A stretch of DNA of 64,000 bases from a virus (Duplodnaviria; Caudoviricetes), in IMG/VR virus record IMGVR_UViG_3300029288_000076, positions 64,001 through 128,000 of that record; one strand, given 5' to 3'. The stretch's first letter is position 1. Every line of letters starts with the position of its first letter. The position numbers and the translations under genes are program-made. Of this stretch, positions 25,756 to 37,822 are shown piece after piece. Below the pieces are notes generated by a model. The model saw only the letters and a program-made list of their open reading frames with translations, did no database searches and was not told the DNA's origin.

Positions 25756-26106
25756 AAATCAAATTACCTCTTTATATAGTCCTTTAACATTTTTCTTTAA
25801 GATCATTTACAATATTAACAGGTTATTCAAACTAGCTCGTGTTTCTACTCTTCGCTTAAATATTCAGGCTCTTTTCCTGGATTTAATAACTTCCAAAGCT
25901 CAGTCCATATTCTAACCCCAACGAAAACTTCTAAATCACTTTTAGCCCAAGGAAATTGACCCTTGTACGCTTCTAGAATAGTACTTGAAAAATCCCACGG
26001 CTCATCTTCATCAACAATTGGAAAGCCAATATCTTCTTCTTCCCATAAATAAACTAATTCATTTTCTTCAATGTAAGACATAATATCCTTATATAGCTTT
26101 TGAGAA

Positions 26107-26523
26107 TTACTTTCCATTTATTTTCTCCTTTACAAGATTAATAAGATCTTGAACAGTTTCGATTCTTTCGGCTTCTTTATCTGATATTTTAATATTAAAT
26201 TCTTCTTCAGCATCTATAATAAAATTCACAAGATCAAGTGAATCAGCCCAAAGATCCTCAACAAGATAATCTTCATCTTTTATTTCTTTATGAGAATATG
26301 ATTTTAGCACACCAGTTATAATAGAATTAACTTTTTCTTTTATAATTAGTTCATCCATTTTCTTCTCACTAATTACATCTTCTTTTTTAGTGCAAGTACT
26401 TTTCTTTTGATTAGATAGCAATTCTTTATCTAGTCCAGCTTCTTTTCGTATACCGCTTGGCCATTGATTTACTTCATTTTGTGCCTTTTCAAGTTGTTCG
26501 TGATACCATACAAATTTACTCAT
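26107..26523 (-). CDS. acpP: Acyl carrier protein (C-terminal ~80 aa; true start may be MDELII at ~26358)
   Basis: DLWADSLDLVNFIIDAEEEFNIKISDKEAERIETVQD: phosphopantetheine-attachment DSL motif and ACP helix pattern. Confidence 0.85.
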   Translation of the reverse strand: MSKFVWYHEQLEKAQNEVNQWPSGIRKEAGLDKELLSNQKKSTCTKKEDVISEKKMDELIIKEKVNSIITGVLKSYSHKEIKDEDYLVEDLWADSLDLVNFIIDAEEEFNIKISDKEAERIETVQDLINLVKEKINGK

Positions 26524-26532
26524 TACTTTATC

Positions 26533-26554
26533 TTTATATATTATATTTTAAAAA
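26533..26554 (-). promoter_or_regulatory. Phage promoter motif copy
   Basis: TTTTTAAAATATAATATATAAA just upstream of the ACP ORF. Confidence 0.6.
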
Positions 26555-26562
26555 TTCAGTTA

Positions 26563-26590
26563 TAAAAGAGGAGGGGCATTCACCACTCCT
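26563..26590 (-). terminator. Possible intrinsic terminator after the barrel-like gene
   Basis: AGGAGUGG-UGAAUG-CCCCUCCU followed by CUUUUA. Confidence 0.4.
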
Positions 26591-26600
26591 ATAATAAAAA

Positions 26601-28085
26601 CTACGGCATTGGAACAATAACATGATCAACAACAATTACAGGAACAACTTCTGGTTCAACGCAACCTTTTCCAAATTTGATTCCAATAAACAAATCAGTA
26701 GCCCAATAGTTAGGATGAATGGTTACAAGACCAGTTTTAATGTCCTGACCTCCAGTATAAGAAGCATCAACACCAATAACAAATCTCTTATACTCATAAT
26801 TCAACCCAACATAAGCCCTGCCTCTTCCTAAAATATATCCCTGATCTGTGTCAGAATATCCAGTATCAGAATAGATTGCTCCATCAAATACAAATGATTT
26901 AGGATGAACTACAATAAAAACATTGTAGTATCCTGGAAGCCACTGAGCCCCAACAACTCCGCTAAAACCTTTCCCAAAGTCTTTTACATATTCAAGTCCA
27001 ACAGGAATAGAAATGATATAGAAATCATAATCTACATCTCCTGCAACTCCAAAAGAAGTTTCAGTAAATGAAGTTGTTTTCCAGTCATCGTAATAACCTT
27101 TGTGAACTTCATCATAAGGTGGCGTGTCCCAATAGCCAGCATGATATTCATCCCAAGCTGGGTGCTCACAATAACCGTCATGGTATTCGTCCCAGGGTGG
27201 TGTATCCCAATAACCTTCTTTCCATTCCCAATGGCCGCAATGCCAACCTATACCAGGATGATGCACAATCTTTGCTGGGTGATGAATCACTTTTGCTTCA
27301 TGATACTCATCCCATGCTGGGGTCCAGCATATCTCTTCACAATTATTATTTCCAGCTGGGTGACAATTACTTTGATGCCAATGACTTCGTGTTCTTGGAC
27401 GACCTTGATCAAAATGACCAGTTTCACAATTAGAAGCTTCATGATGTTCTGTCCATGCTGGAATAGTTTCATCCCAAGCAGGAATAGTTTCATCATAAGG
27501 TGGGACATCACAGTAACCTTCGTGCCATACCTTTACTTTGTCATGCCAACCTACGCCTGGATGATGTTCGGTCCAGCCTTCATGACACCCAGTAGCTTTA
27601 TGATGCTCAGTCCATCCACAGTGCCAACCTATACCAGGATGATGTTCAACCCATTCTGGATTCCACTTTCGATTCTTTTCTGTAGTGGTTTCATTAATAT
27701 TTTGGTTGGTTCTGAATCCTCCATAACCACTTTCAAACTGAACACCTAAAGTAGCATACAAACCTGGAATATAACAATCCCAAGGACTAGAAGCAACCTC
27801 AATAGCAACGACAGGATTCCAATTAAAATCCTTACTTGTAACTACAGTATTATTAATATCAAGCGTTTTAATAACTTGATATTCTTCTCCTGCAAGAACA
27901 GTTACAAGATGCTGTTGAAGTTTAGCAAATCCAGGAGGAGCCTTGACATCAGCGTTTTTATAGTTGAAAATGTAACCTGCCCTGGATCGAAAAATTGTTT
28001 CTCCTGCAAATGACGATGTAATCATAAACAGAAGTACGAGCAAAATGCTCAAGAAAACCGTGAATTGAATTTTCTTCATGTTCAC
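26601..28085 (-). CDS. Secreted, probable outer-membrane beta-barrel protein with His/Trp/Cys-rich repeat insert
   Basis: Signal peptide (MKK...SSFA|G); amphipathic strands IPVGLEY, AYVGLNYEY, FVIGVDASY, TDLFIGIKF; central WxEHHxG / PAWDEYH repeats. Confidence 0.7.
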   Translation of the reverse strand: MNMKKIQFTVFLSILLVLLFMITSSFAGETIFRSRAGYIFNYKNADVKAPPGFAKLQQHLVTVLAGEEYQVIKTLDINNTVVTSKDFNWNPVVAIEVASSPWDCYIPGLYATLGVQFESGYGGFRTNQNINETTTEKNRKWNPEWVEHHPGIGWHCGWTEHHKATGCHEGWTEHHPGVGWHDKVKVWHEGYCDVPPYDETIPAWDETIPAWTEHHEASNCETGHFDQGRPRTRSHWHQSNCHPAGNNNCEEICWTPAWDEYHEAKVIHHPAKIVHHPGIGWHCGHWEWKEGYWDTPPWDEYHDGYCEHPAWDEYHAGYWDTPPYDEVHKGYYDDWKTTSFTETSFGVAGDVDYDFYIISIPVGLEYVKDFGKGFSGVVGAQWLPGYYNVFIVVHPKSFVFDGAIYSDTGYSDTDQGYILGRGRAYVGLNYEYKRFVIGVDASYTGGQDIKTGLVTIHPNYWATDLFIGIKFGKGCVEPEVVPVIVVDHVIVPMP

Positions 28086-28095
28086 TCCTTTAAAA

Positions 28096-28131
28096 AGTTA
28101 ATAGAAAATAGTTAATAGAAAATAGTTAATA
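28096..28131. repeat. 14-bp tandem repeat (AGTTAATAGAAAAT x2.5) upstream of the barrel-like gene
   Basis: Read directly. Confidence 0.8.
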
Positions 28132-31116
28132 ATAGCAACCTCTACAACAAAACATATAAAAGCAACTATAAGTAACCAATTTACTATATAATTTAAAATT
28201 GTGTTCACCTCCCTTTAATCTTTAATAAAATCTGTTCCTGGCTAAAAAGAATATTTCTTTCCTTAAATGTAATTTTGATGATTCAAGTCCTATTCCTCTA
28301 ACAATCCAAGAAACAGATAGTTGAATATACCAATCAATTGCAATAACTCTATACCAACAACAATTAAAACTTCCGGTAAATCTATTCCAAAATTCGTTTT
28401 TGTGTTCTATCCAAAACCCATTATAAATACAAGGTAGCCATTTATTTAATCTTAGATATCTATTAGCAAAATATCTATTTCTAGTCATTCTTATCATTTA
28501 TCTCTTTTATATGTCTTTAAAAAGTTAAGTAGTAATCAGCACGCATATAACAGCAATAAGTGCACACACTGCTTGTATTAACACACATATTAATTGAAAT
28601 GATAGAACTGTCATTTAGAATGCTCCTTACACCAACGCTTTGCTTTTTCTTTCTCTGCAAGTTCAAGCCACTCTATTTGAGGATATAATTTACCTTCTTG
28701 ACACCATTTTACAAACGCAATAAGCTGATTATCATCTAGAATTCCTATAAGCGCGGCTATAGCAGAATCTACTGTAAACTTTAACGAATCTAAATCTTCT
28801 TTTTTAGAAAATTTATAGTAAGTTGGTTCTAGTTCCTTATTTTGAAGTATAGTTTTAAGATGACAAACTTCAGCCTCTAATTTTGTAATGCGTTCTTCTT
28901 TTGACATATTATTCCTCTCTGAAAAATAATTTTGTTTTTTAACTTCTTTTTGAAAGTTATGTTCCCATTCCATTCTATATATTTTTTCATAAATAATTTT
29001 ATTTAGAGTATCCATGTTGTATCCATAGTTATTAAATATAATATTATTTGTCTAATAAACTTCAATTAGTATAACCTGCTCTTTTTAAAAATCCTTTAAT
29101 ATCTTTTTTCCATACCCAAGGAATAATAACTTCTATATTATAACCAGCAAAACCAAGCGTTCTCCACAATTGTACATTAATGCATCCATCAGATAAGTGA
29201 ACATTTTTACGTAAAGTTTTGCTATGCCCCATTATTCTTTATAAAAATTAAATAGTTTCGTCAATTACTCTTTTAATATTTTCTAAAGTAGTACTCATAA
29301 ACCAAATTGTTGGTCTACTTTTCTCTCGCGCTTCATCTTTTAAGACGTCTACCATAGCGTTAGTAGGGAGCATTTCTTTAATTTCACGAAGAGCTTTTTG
29401 ATATTTTGTAATTTGATCAAGATCAGACATTGGTTCTCCTTAAAATTATTTCTCTTTCCTTCTTATATTTTTAATATAAGAACTAACAACATCTCTTATT
29501 TCATTATCAGTATACTCAAGCCTCTTCAGCAACAATACAAAATCTTTTACTATTTTTCCTTCGGGGCTTGCTGATTCAAATTCCTCTACATCCTTAAAAC
29601 TTATTAAAGCTCTTTCTGCCTTTTGAGCAGCTTCATTTTTACTATCCACTATTTGCTTCCTTATTAAAACCAATCATCTAAAAAGTCAATAATCTCTTCA
29701 TCAGTTAAGTGCCTTTTAGAAAAACTATTACAAGCATCAACAAACACTTTTACTTTTTCTTGCTTTTTAGCTTTCTTATTTTCAAAGTATTTATCCATAA
29801 AATGCCAACCCATTCTCCAAGAATTCCAAAGTTTTCGTGCTTTAGCTCTTGAATTTGGATTCTTGTCTAAAGCTTTTCCAATATCCCTAGCGTCTTTACC
29901 TAAAATAAAATTAGAATACTCAGGTGTTTCTGCTATAAGATTTCCTTCTTCATCTCTATATTCTTTCATTTTAAATAATCCTTAAAAGTCAACAGACATC
30001 TAAATTCATTATGATATGCTTTCCAAAACTTCTCTTGCATAAATGGACTTGTTAAATCATCAAAAAAGTTATCTATTTTATATTGGATTAAATAATACTT
30101 AACAGCACTTGGAATACAAATATCTGCAAGTTTAAAGCCCTTAATGGACATTTTATTGTTAATCAATAAATCTAGAATATTAGTACTCCATCCAACAAAA
30201 GCACTATACCCCTCAACAATAAAATGGGGATCTTTCTCAGTCGTCGTAAAACTACACTCATCCAAATTATCATAAAATTTTAATTCATAAAATAATTCCC
30301 ACATCATAGATAATTTTTCTATTTCTTCACAAGCATCAAGGAGACTCTTTTTATATTTTGTAATGATATAACTATAAGCTTCTGCTTTATGTGCCTTTTT
30401 AAAATTAAGTAGAAATCTTGCAAAAGCAATATAGAAAACAATAAATATAAAAAAGCAAAGTAATATTTCTAACATCGTCTTTATCTTATATATTTTTCAT
30501 TAGTCATTATTTATTCATAAGTTTTTCAACAGCAATAAAAGATTTATCCTTTGACTTTTCTTCTCGCAACATTGGATAAAATTCTTTTTCTAATAAAGCT
30601 TTTACTTTTTTGGAACCTATTTGAGATTCTACCAGTCACATTAATTCTTCAACAACTTCATAAGCATCACCCATATTTTCTATAAGTGACCAGCCATGTT
30701 TTACATGATTATAACTTCCAGCCATATTAGATCCTCACATTATATATTTTTGAAAAAATTGAACATCCATATTACTTAAAGCTCTTTGATCATATTTAAT
30801 AATATCTTCTATAATCATTGGTTCTTGTTTCAATATAAAGCAAATCATATCAGCTATTGGCTCAGATCTACCACCAGACATGGTATAATAAAATTTACCT
30901 TCGTCATTAAACATATACATAATTAAAGATGGATTGTTTTGACTTCTGATAAGTTTATTAAGAATTTTTATAAGAAATATTATAACTTTAGTTTTCATAT
31001 TTTGTTTGTTAATTTCATGTTTCATTTCAGTTATCTAGTTAATAGCCATATAGTCAAATAAACCCACTCAAACATTATGATGATGAAACAAATCTTAATA
31101 ATAAGACACCAACTCT

Positions 31117-33132
31117 TCATTTCTCCACTTCTATTGGAAAAGACGAGTATCTCACCCTTTCATGTCTATATGCAATGAATGTTTTATTGCACTCGTCGCA
31201 TTGGATTTCAGTATCATCATTTCCATATTCAAAATACTCGTATGATTCTTCTACTATATATCCACAATATGGACAAACAATTTCTTCGGTATACTTACAG
31301 TCTATTTCGCTCACTTCTCCACCTCGTTGATGATCTTGCAGATCGCTTCGTAATGGTCTATAGTCTGCGCGACGCTCACGGTCTTACCAGAACATGGGAT
31401 GTGTGGACGTATCCTATCCACCACTCCAAGGAGCATATTAACATCATCGGCAATTAAGGGAAGGTGAATATCTATGAGATAATAGGCTACCCTATCGGTA
31501 TCATCATCATAATATTCCTCCCTCTGATCCATCATGTGTTTAACCCTCTTTCTTATCTCTTCTATCATGGCTTGTTCTCGTCAAGAATGGCGGTAGCCCT
31601 ACGTTCACGTGCCAGTTTTTCGACCTCATCTAATATTGTCCTACCTAACTCATAACTAATCGCATCATGATCTTCCGATGGAATCATATCAAGTATCTTG
31701 TCCTCCCGCTTGTAAGCTTCGCTAAGATTGAGTTCGTACAGATATAGAGTATTGAATAGGAAATCAAGATCGATGTTATTGTAATCTTCCTTCTCGTATT
31801 CCTTGTCTATGTATTTCCTGTTCAACCTCATCACTTCCTCACTTAACCTCATCATTCCCTCCGTTATATTTTTTTATAATCACTATCTCTACAGAAAATG
31901 AATTTTGGTTTGGTTGGGGAATCAAATGCTGATTCTGGTATAGAAAGACGCTTTCTTTTCACTTTTGGTTTTGTTTCTATACTATCGACTATTTCACTTA
32001 ATTCTTTTCGCAGTTCATCTAATGATTTATGGTATTTAGGCATCGTTCCCTCCTACATATTTCTTTACCGCCTCAAGGATGGCGTGGTTTAAGTCGGGGG
32101 CATAGAATCCAACCTCCCATTCCTTACCGGCTTCATATAACCGCACACCCCACATTCCCAGCTCGTAACTGTTGGTAGGTGGGATGATTTTGGGTGAGAC
32201 ACCTTTCAAACCGAGCGCCTTCATCATCGCCACGCACCCGGCGTCGGAGAGAAGTTTTGCCTCGATCTTGCTGGCATCCTCGTGAAGTATCAGCTCTGTA
32301 CTGATGTCTATCCCCACAAACTCGACTACCTTTCGTAACAGCGTAAGTTCGTCCATTTAGTCCTCCGGCTTGTAGTAGGCATTGAGGATTTTTGCAGTGT
32401 TTCTTTTTGCTGGATCAGTATGATAAAGTTCGTTCCATATTTCCTCCAACGCCTTCTCCGCCCTCTCTCTCGCCTCGATCTCGGCGGTGAGGCGGGAGTT
32501 GAGGTCGTCGAGCAACATGATAGCATCATCAAAAAGAAGTAGCTCTCTCCATGCGTAGTTAAACACACGCATAGATGGAAAATATTTCCCGCTTTTCTCT
32601 ATTTCCGCTACTTCGGCTTTAAGTTCTTCATATTCCATCACTCTCTCCCGTCTGTGGTTATTGAGCGTTTTGATGGCCTAACAAATTTTTTGCTGAGCCA
32701 CCAAGACTCATTGCGAAACCTCACTCTAAAAGTTTCGTCATTTTCTATAAGATCTATCTCACCTATAGAGTCAACTTCTGCTCCATGATGAAGTTCGATC
32801 ACCTTTACACGCATACCTATTTCAGGTTTAAGTAACACTAATGCCTTACCAGATTCTGTTGTCCATATCAACCTTTCCCAAATCCAATATGTAATAAGTA
32901 TTCTTACAATGCCGTCTTTCCAAGCAACACCTGCAACAATACTTACGATCTGACTCTTTGGAATCCAAGCCTGTTCGTCATCTTTGTCTTTGACCAAAAT
33001 TGCCTTATCAGTCTCCCTCACAATAATCATATCCTCTAAAGTTCGATAACTTCTACCGTTACCAGTATATCCATAGCCATCACCTTCTCCATTTTCCATA
33101 CGCTCAAACGCATCAAAAGAGTGTTCACTCAT
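31117..33132 (-). other. GC-elevated island of hypothetical ORFs (includes Zn-ribbon 31117-31314 and RETDKAIL..WIPKSQI protein 32638-33132)
   Basis: Visibly higher G/C with GAGG SDs, interrupted by an AT-rich stretch at ~31860-32035. Confidence 0.55.
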
Positions 33133-33405
33133 TTACGAAATCCTTTCTACCTAATTTTTTAATATCTTCAACAGATAACTTAACTAATTTAGATAGCTTT
33201 TCATCATCATTATTTTTTATAGCTTCATCAAGATCTTTTTTATGTATTTCAATTCCTCTATCAAAACATTTCCATTCATAATCAAACTGTTTAGATTGTC
33301 TTCTTAATTCTCTCAATGATGAGACTTTACTTGATCTAGATATAAAAATATAGAAAAATATACAGACAATAATAGAACCAAAGATAAAAAGTAAAATTTG
33401 ATTAA

Positions 33406-34020
33406 TCATTTGCAAATTCCTCTTACATATTCCAATACCTCTTGACTATTCATAAACTTATTTATAGCAAATATACAAGCATTCTTAAATTTAAAATGAT
33501 CTATTTTATTTTCATTTAAAACACCAGACCATCCAACAGGCAAAAATCCCACAACACCACGATTAACTATTTTTATAATAAGAAAAGGAATTCTATCTCC
33601 TCCACCAGAAATGCTGCTTTCTCCAGATAAGAAATAAGAAGGCTCTTTGTCTGATTCATATTCTAAAGTATTACGTTGAGACAATATAACACTTTCAATA
33701 ATTATAGATTCTTCTACTAGTTTCTCCCACCAACCCCATACTTGCTTATCAGTTCCTTTTATCAAACAAAATAGATCTATTCCTGTATATCGTTTTAATT
33801 CAAATACAAAATTCTCAATCAACGGCCTACCAATTTCTTTATTATAAGAAATATCACCTTTTTGAGATTGCAAATCAGAATGAACTGTTCCTCTTGCTCC
33901 TGAAGAATCAGTACGCCAAAAGACATTTTTGTCTTCATTACTAGTCCACCAAAGAGAAAGCTTTTTAGCAAACTCTCTTTCCCATGAATTACCAAGCGCT
34001 TTAGGATTTTTTTTAGTCAT
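33406..34020 (-). CDS. Holliday-junction resolvase (PD-(D/E)xK, phage/Hjc type)
   Basis: KALGNSWEREFAKKL...RT..SGA...GDI...FVFELKRY...WWEK. Confidence 0.8.
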   Translation of the reverse strand: MTKKNPKALGNSWEREFAKKLSLWWTSNEDKNVFWRTDSSGARGTVHSDLQSQKGDISYNKEIGRPLIENFVFELKRYTGIDLFCLIKGTDKQVWGWWEKLVEESIIIESVILSQRNTLEYESDKEPSYFLSGESSISGGGDRIPFLIIKIVNRGVVGFLPVGWSGVLNENKIDHFKFKNACIFAINKFMNSQEVLEYVRGICK

Positions 34021-34035
34021 TAATCGAATTTTCTC

Positions 34036-34290
34036 CTACCAATCATCTTCCATTATCCCAAAACCTGTTAAATCTCTATACCAATATCCAGCCATGAATG
34101 GCCCAATGTTATTATCTTTTTCTTGAGCTTCTTTATATCCATCGCGCTTACTACGCTCATAATCACTAAGAACTTCATTTTTAGAAGGAGACTGCTGCTG
34201 GTTTGGAACACAACTTGTAGCAAATAGAAAAACATAGCTAAGGAAAATTAAATTAATAATAACTAACAAAAAATATGCTACTTTTTTCAT
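34036..34290 (-). CDS. Putative lipoprotein
   Basis: MKK + hydrophobic stretch + ATSC lipobox-like. Confidence 0.5.
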   Translation of the reverse strand: MKKVAYFLLVIINLIFLSYVFLFATSCVPNQQQSPSKNEVLSDYERSKRDGYKEAQEKDNNIGPFMAGYWYRDLTGFGIMEDDW

Positions 34291-34301
34291 GTTTACTCTC
34301 T

Positions 34302-34384
34302 TTATAAATATTCCTCTATTTCTTTTTCAGTCCATTTTATTTCTTTACCATAAATTATCAAACACTTTATGATTTTTTAGTCAT
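34302..34384 (-). pseudogene. Chimeric remnant: degraded resolvase 5' end fused to a copy of the 3' end of ORF 34553-34867
   Basis: 34348-34384 matches 33982-34020; 34315-34351 matches 34566-34602 (1 mismatch). Confidence 0.75.
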
Positions 34385-34542
34385 TTTCTTTTATATTTAA
34401 CTAATTCTCTCTTAAAAACAAATACATTATTTTGTGTACAACACACCAATTCCCAGCCATCTAAGCCTGCTCTCTGTATCATACATTCCCAACTATCTGG
34501 AAAAAGTTGAGGAGTTATAATATAATATTCCCACTTTTTCAT
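34381..34542 (-). CDS. DUF4177-like small protein (not in ORF track)
   Basis: MKKWEY...GLDGWELVCV...LFLRE; similar to 36166-36381 (LDKNGWEPVC..FVFRR). Confidence 0.55.
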   Translation of the reverse strand: MKKWEYYIITPQLFPDSWECMIQRAGLDGWELVCCTQNNVFVFKRELVKYKRK

Positions 34543-35046
34543 TTCTACTTTCCTATAAGTACTTTTCTATTTCTTTTTCAGTCCATTTTATCTCTTTACC
34601 ATTCTCTAAAACAAGTTTAGTAAAGATAACAGGGCCACTAGACCAAGGACTACATTGTTCAACTTCTTTGACCTCTGTACCATTCTTTAACTTATAACTA
34701 AATATAGAAATATCTTCACCAAACATTCCTTTTACATTATCATAGGCTTCCCTATTATAGCCACCTTTCATCCCACACCAAATACAATCTTCATTTTTGA
34801 TAGCATTCTCAACTAGAAACTTTTTAGCTTTTTCAGGTAAACCTACAAATTGAGTTTCTCTAGACATTTATGTTATCCTTAATAGACCTTTCTCTTAAAA
34901 CAGCCTCAATACAATATTTTATAAAGACTTCGTTCTTATTTTTTGATTTTAATTTATCTAAAATAGAATGTAAAGTATTAAAATCTTTTTGTCTATAATA
35001 ATCAATAACAACATCAGTAATAATTTTAGATAAATGTTGCTTGTAA

Positions 35047-35358
35047 TTAATCATTTAAACTTATTCCCATATTTATTACTTCTCTTCTATTAAATCTCTT
35101 ACCATCAAACTGATTAGGACATTTTTTAGAATGTGGCATACACTCTTTTAGACAACAGTTTAAGCATTTATTTATCTGCTCTGGTGTATCTTCATGACAA
35201 TAGATTTTTAAGCCAGCTGGCTTGTTTTTGTATTTTAATATGCTTACTTGCTGTTGAGAAATCTTAAACATTTTAGCAATAAGCTTTTGTGGAACACTAG
35301 AATATGCTAATTTTAAAAGCAGCCAAAGTTCACCTTCTTTAAGATTTTTGCTTTTCAT
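35047..35358 (-). CDS. HTH and Cys-cluster protein
   Basis: PQKLIAKMFKISQQQVSILK HTH; CLNCCLKEC. Confidence 0.55.
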   Translation of the reverse strand: MKSKNLKEGELWLLLKLAYSSVPQKLIAKMFKISQQQVSILKYKNKPAGLKIYCHEDTPEQINKCLNCCLKECMPHSKKCPNQFDGKRFNRREVINMGISLND

Positions 35359-35367
35359 AGATTAGCT

Positions 35368-35607
35368 TTATCCATCATCTTCTGCTTTTTTAAAACACTT
35401 ATCAGCAGCCCTTATAAAATCTAGCCTCTCTTCAAATTCTTCTACCATCTTTTGAAAATCAATTATTGTAACACCAACAATTGCATCAGTATTCATATCG
35501 TGTCTAACAAGAATTCCTTCTTCTACTTCATCACAAATAGCGGGAACAGGAGGCTCTACAAATGAGATATAAAGAACATCACTTTCTCTGTCATAATTAA
35601 TCCCCAT
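35368..35607 (-). CDS. DUF2283-family protein
   Basis: INYDRESDVLYISF...EVEEGILVRHD...IVGVTIIDF. Confidence 0.8.
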   Translation of the reverse strand: MGINYDRESDVLYISFVEPPVPAICDEVEEGILVRHDMNTDAIVGVTIIDFQKMVEEFEERLDFIRAADKCFKKAEDDG

Positions 35608-37822
35608 TTATTCACCTGCACGCCTTCTTGGAAGGTGACTTAAAGCATCTTTCCAATTTTCATATCTAGGAAGCCTAAAGAACTTGCGCTCTTTATATTG
35701 TTTATCTAAGATTTTTCTCATACCTTCTTCAATCACTTTCCCCATGCTATATCTTTCCATGGTATTTTCTCCTCTTTAGAAACTATAACAAAAATTCCAC
35801 AATCAGCACATTGATATGCTTGGCCTTTTTCTTTAATATCAATCTTTTCTATTGGACGGCCAGTTTTCCAATTAATAATATTTTCTACAGGAATCATAAC
35901 AGACATGCAAGTTCCACAATACAAAATCATAATTATTCTTCCTTTTTGATTACCATCTTTTAAATCCTCTCATATACTTAACACTCAACTCTTCCCAAGT
36001 AAGTGACTTACAACTTTTAGATAAATCAATAGATGTTTCAACTATATCCCTTGAACCGCCAATGTAAAATCCAGGTTGGTAAGACTTCTTTATCGTTTCA
36101 TTGTAAAAGTCCATTTCAACATTTTCTGGAAAATGTATAAACATTTTCAATACCTCTTATTTAATTTAATTTAATTTATTAGCATACCTTCTAAAAACAA
36201 AAAATACTCCAGCATAACACGTTCCTACAGCACAACATACTGGCTCCCAACCATTTTTATCTAACTTTTTAATTCTATTTTCAAAAACAAAAGCTGACGC
36301 TTCTGCTGGTATTTGATGGTAATCAAATACAGTGCAATAATCACATTTCTTACTCATTTCTTTCAATTGTCTTTTGGTCATTCTTTTTTAATAAGCCAAA
36401 CCGCCAGAAAATAATACTCAAGATACCAATATAAATAATAGGTGTCCCAAATATAATTATAAATATTATCTCATTTTTCATTTTATCTCCATCAATCCAA
36501 TACCTTCTGGAAAAATAATATACATTTTATTTCTCCTTTTCACCTAAAGGCCAGGGTTCTTCTCCTTCTAATATTGGCCTTTTTCTCTTATGAGGTTCTA
36601 CAATAACTGGGTCTTTTTTCTTATGACCAAGCTTTTTTAATTCTTCTGCTAATTTCATTGACTCTTTTAACAGATTAAGATCAATCTTTTGCTTTTTCAT
36701 TTTTGCCATCCTATAACAACATTGAAGAATTTAAAAGACATATCAATCTCACCTTTCATACAGGGCGGTTCAGCTTTAATATATCTCCAATCTCCTGGAC
36801 ATTTAATAACCATAATCCAAAATAATAAATTATTATTGCTCACTCTTTTTAGCTAATTCTTTTTTTAAACTTTTATATCTTTCTAATATCTTTTTCTTGC
36901 GTTTGGGATTAGTTTCAAGCTCAAAATATTCTGCCCATCCACCAAACCAATTACAAATATTGCTAAACATATCTTCTAGATATAAAAACAAATAAGCTAA
37001 AGCTCTATAAAATCTAATTTTCATTTTCATACTTCATTGTAACTTCTTTAATCAATCTTTGTATTTCAGGATCTTTTGAAAGATAGAAATAATCCCCCAT
37101 TAACTCGCATTGCCAGCTTAGTTCATCTAGCAAATTCTCAATCCAGTTTATTCTCTTACAGCTTAAGAAACAAAATAGGTTATCAAGTCTATAAAATAAC
37201 CAACCTAAACTTTTGTAGAAAAGTTGCTTAATTTTCTTCATTAAATATCTTCTCTTTCTCATCAACCCACATTACAATAGTGTCTGCTAAGCCAACTAAA
37301 AATCCTACAACAAATTCTACAAAAAGAATTATTGGAAAAGATATAATTAGAAGAACAGTAAACCAAATCAACCTACAATATTTTATAATAGTTGTTTGAT
37401 ATAAATTAATGCCGGCTAAATTACTAAAATACTTTAAAAATGCGTTATTTGTCTTAGCCATTTTTCTTCCTCTATTCTAGTTGCTAATTCTCTTATTCTT
37501 TCAACTAAATACTCACGTTCTTCTTTTGTTAACTTTTCAATTTTTGTTTCATCAATGAAAAACTGAACAAGATTTCCATCATGATTTTTTGACAATCCAA
37601 ATTCAATCCAAGAATCAATTATAAACTTTTTATCCTTAGTTGGACTCATATGATAAGCACAACCACCATCGCAATCACATGGAAGTTTATAACCAGGTTT
37701 GCAATCTGATGTGACATCACAACACGGCATAAGATTACTAAGAAGACAATTACAATTATGAGTATAAAGACCATCATAGCCATTCTTAATAAGATAGTCT
37801 TTTGTAATTTCTAAAACATTCA

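Noticed and set aside
26622-27749. + strand ORFs 26622-26831, 27068-27433, 27102-27749 and alternative-frame 27287-27511
   Set aside because: Shadow frames of the repetitive 494-aa gene.
35368-35730. Complete toxin-antitoxin pair around DUF2283
   Set aside because: The upstream ORF is only ~40 codons and not recognisable as a nuclease partner.
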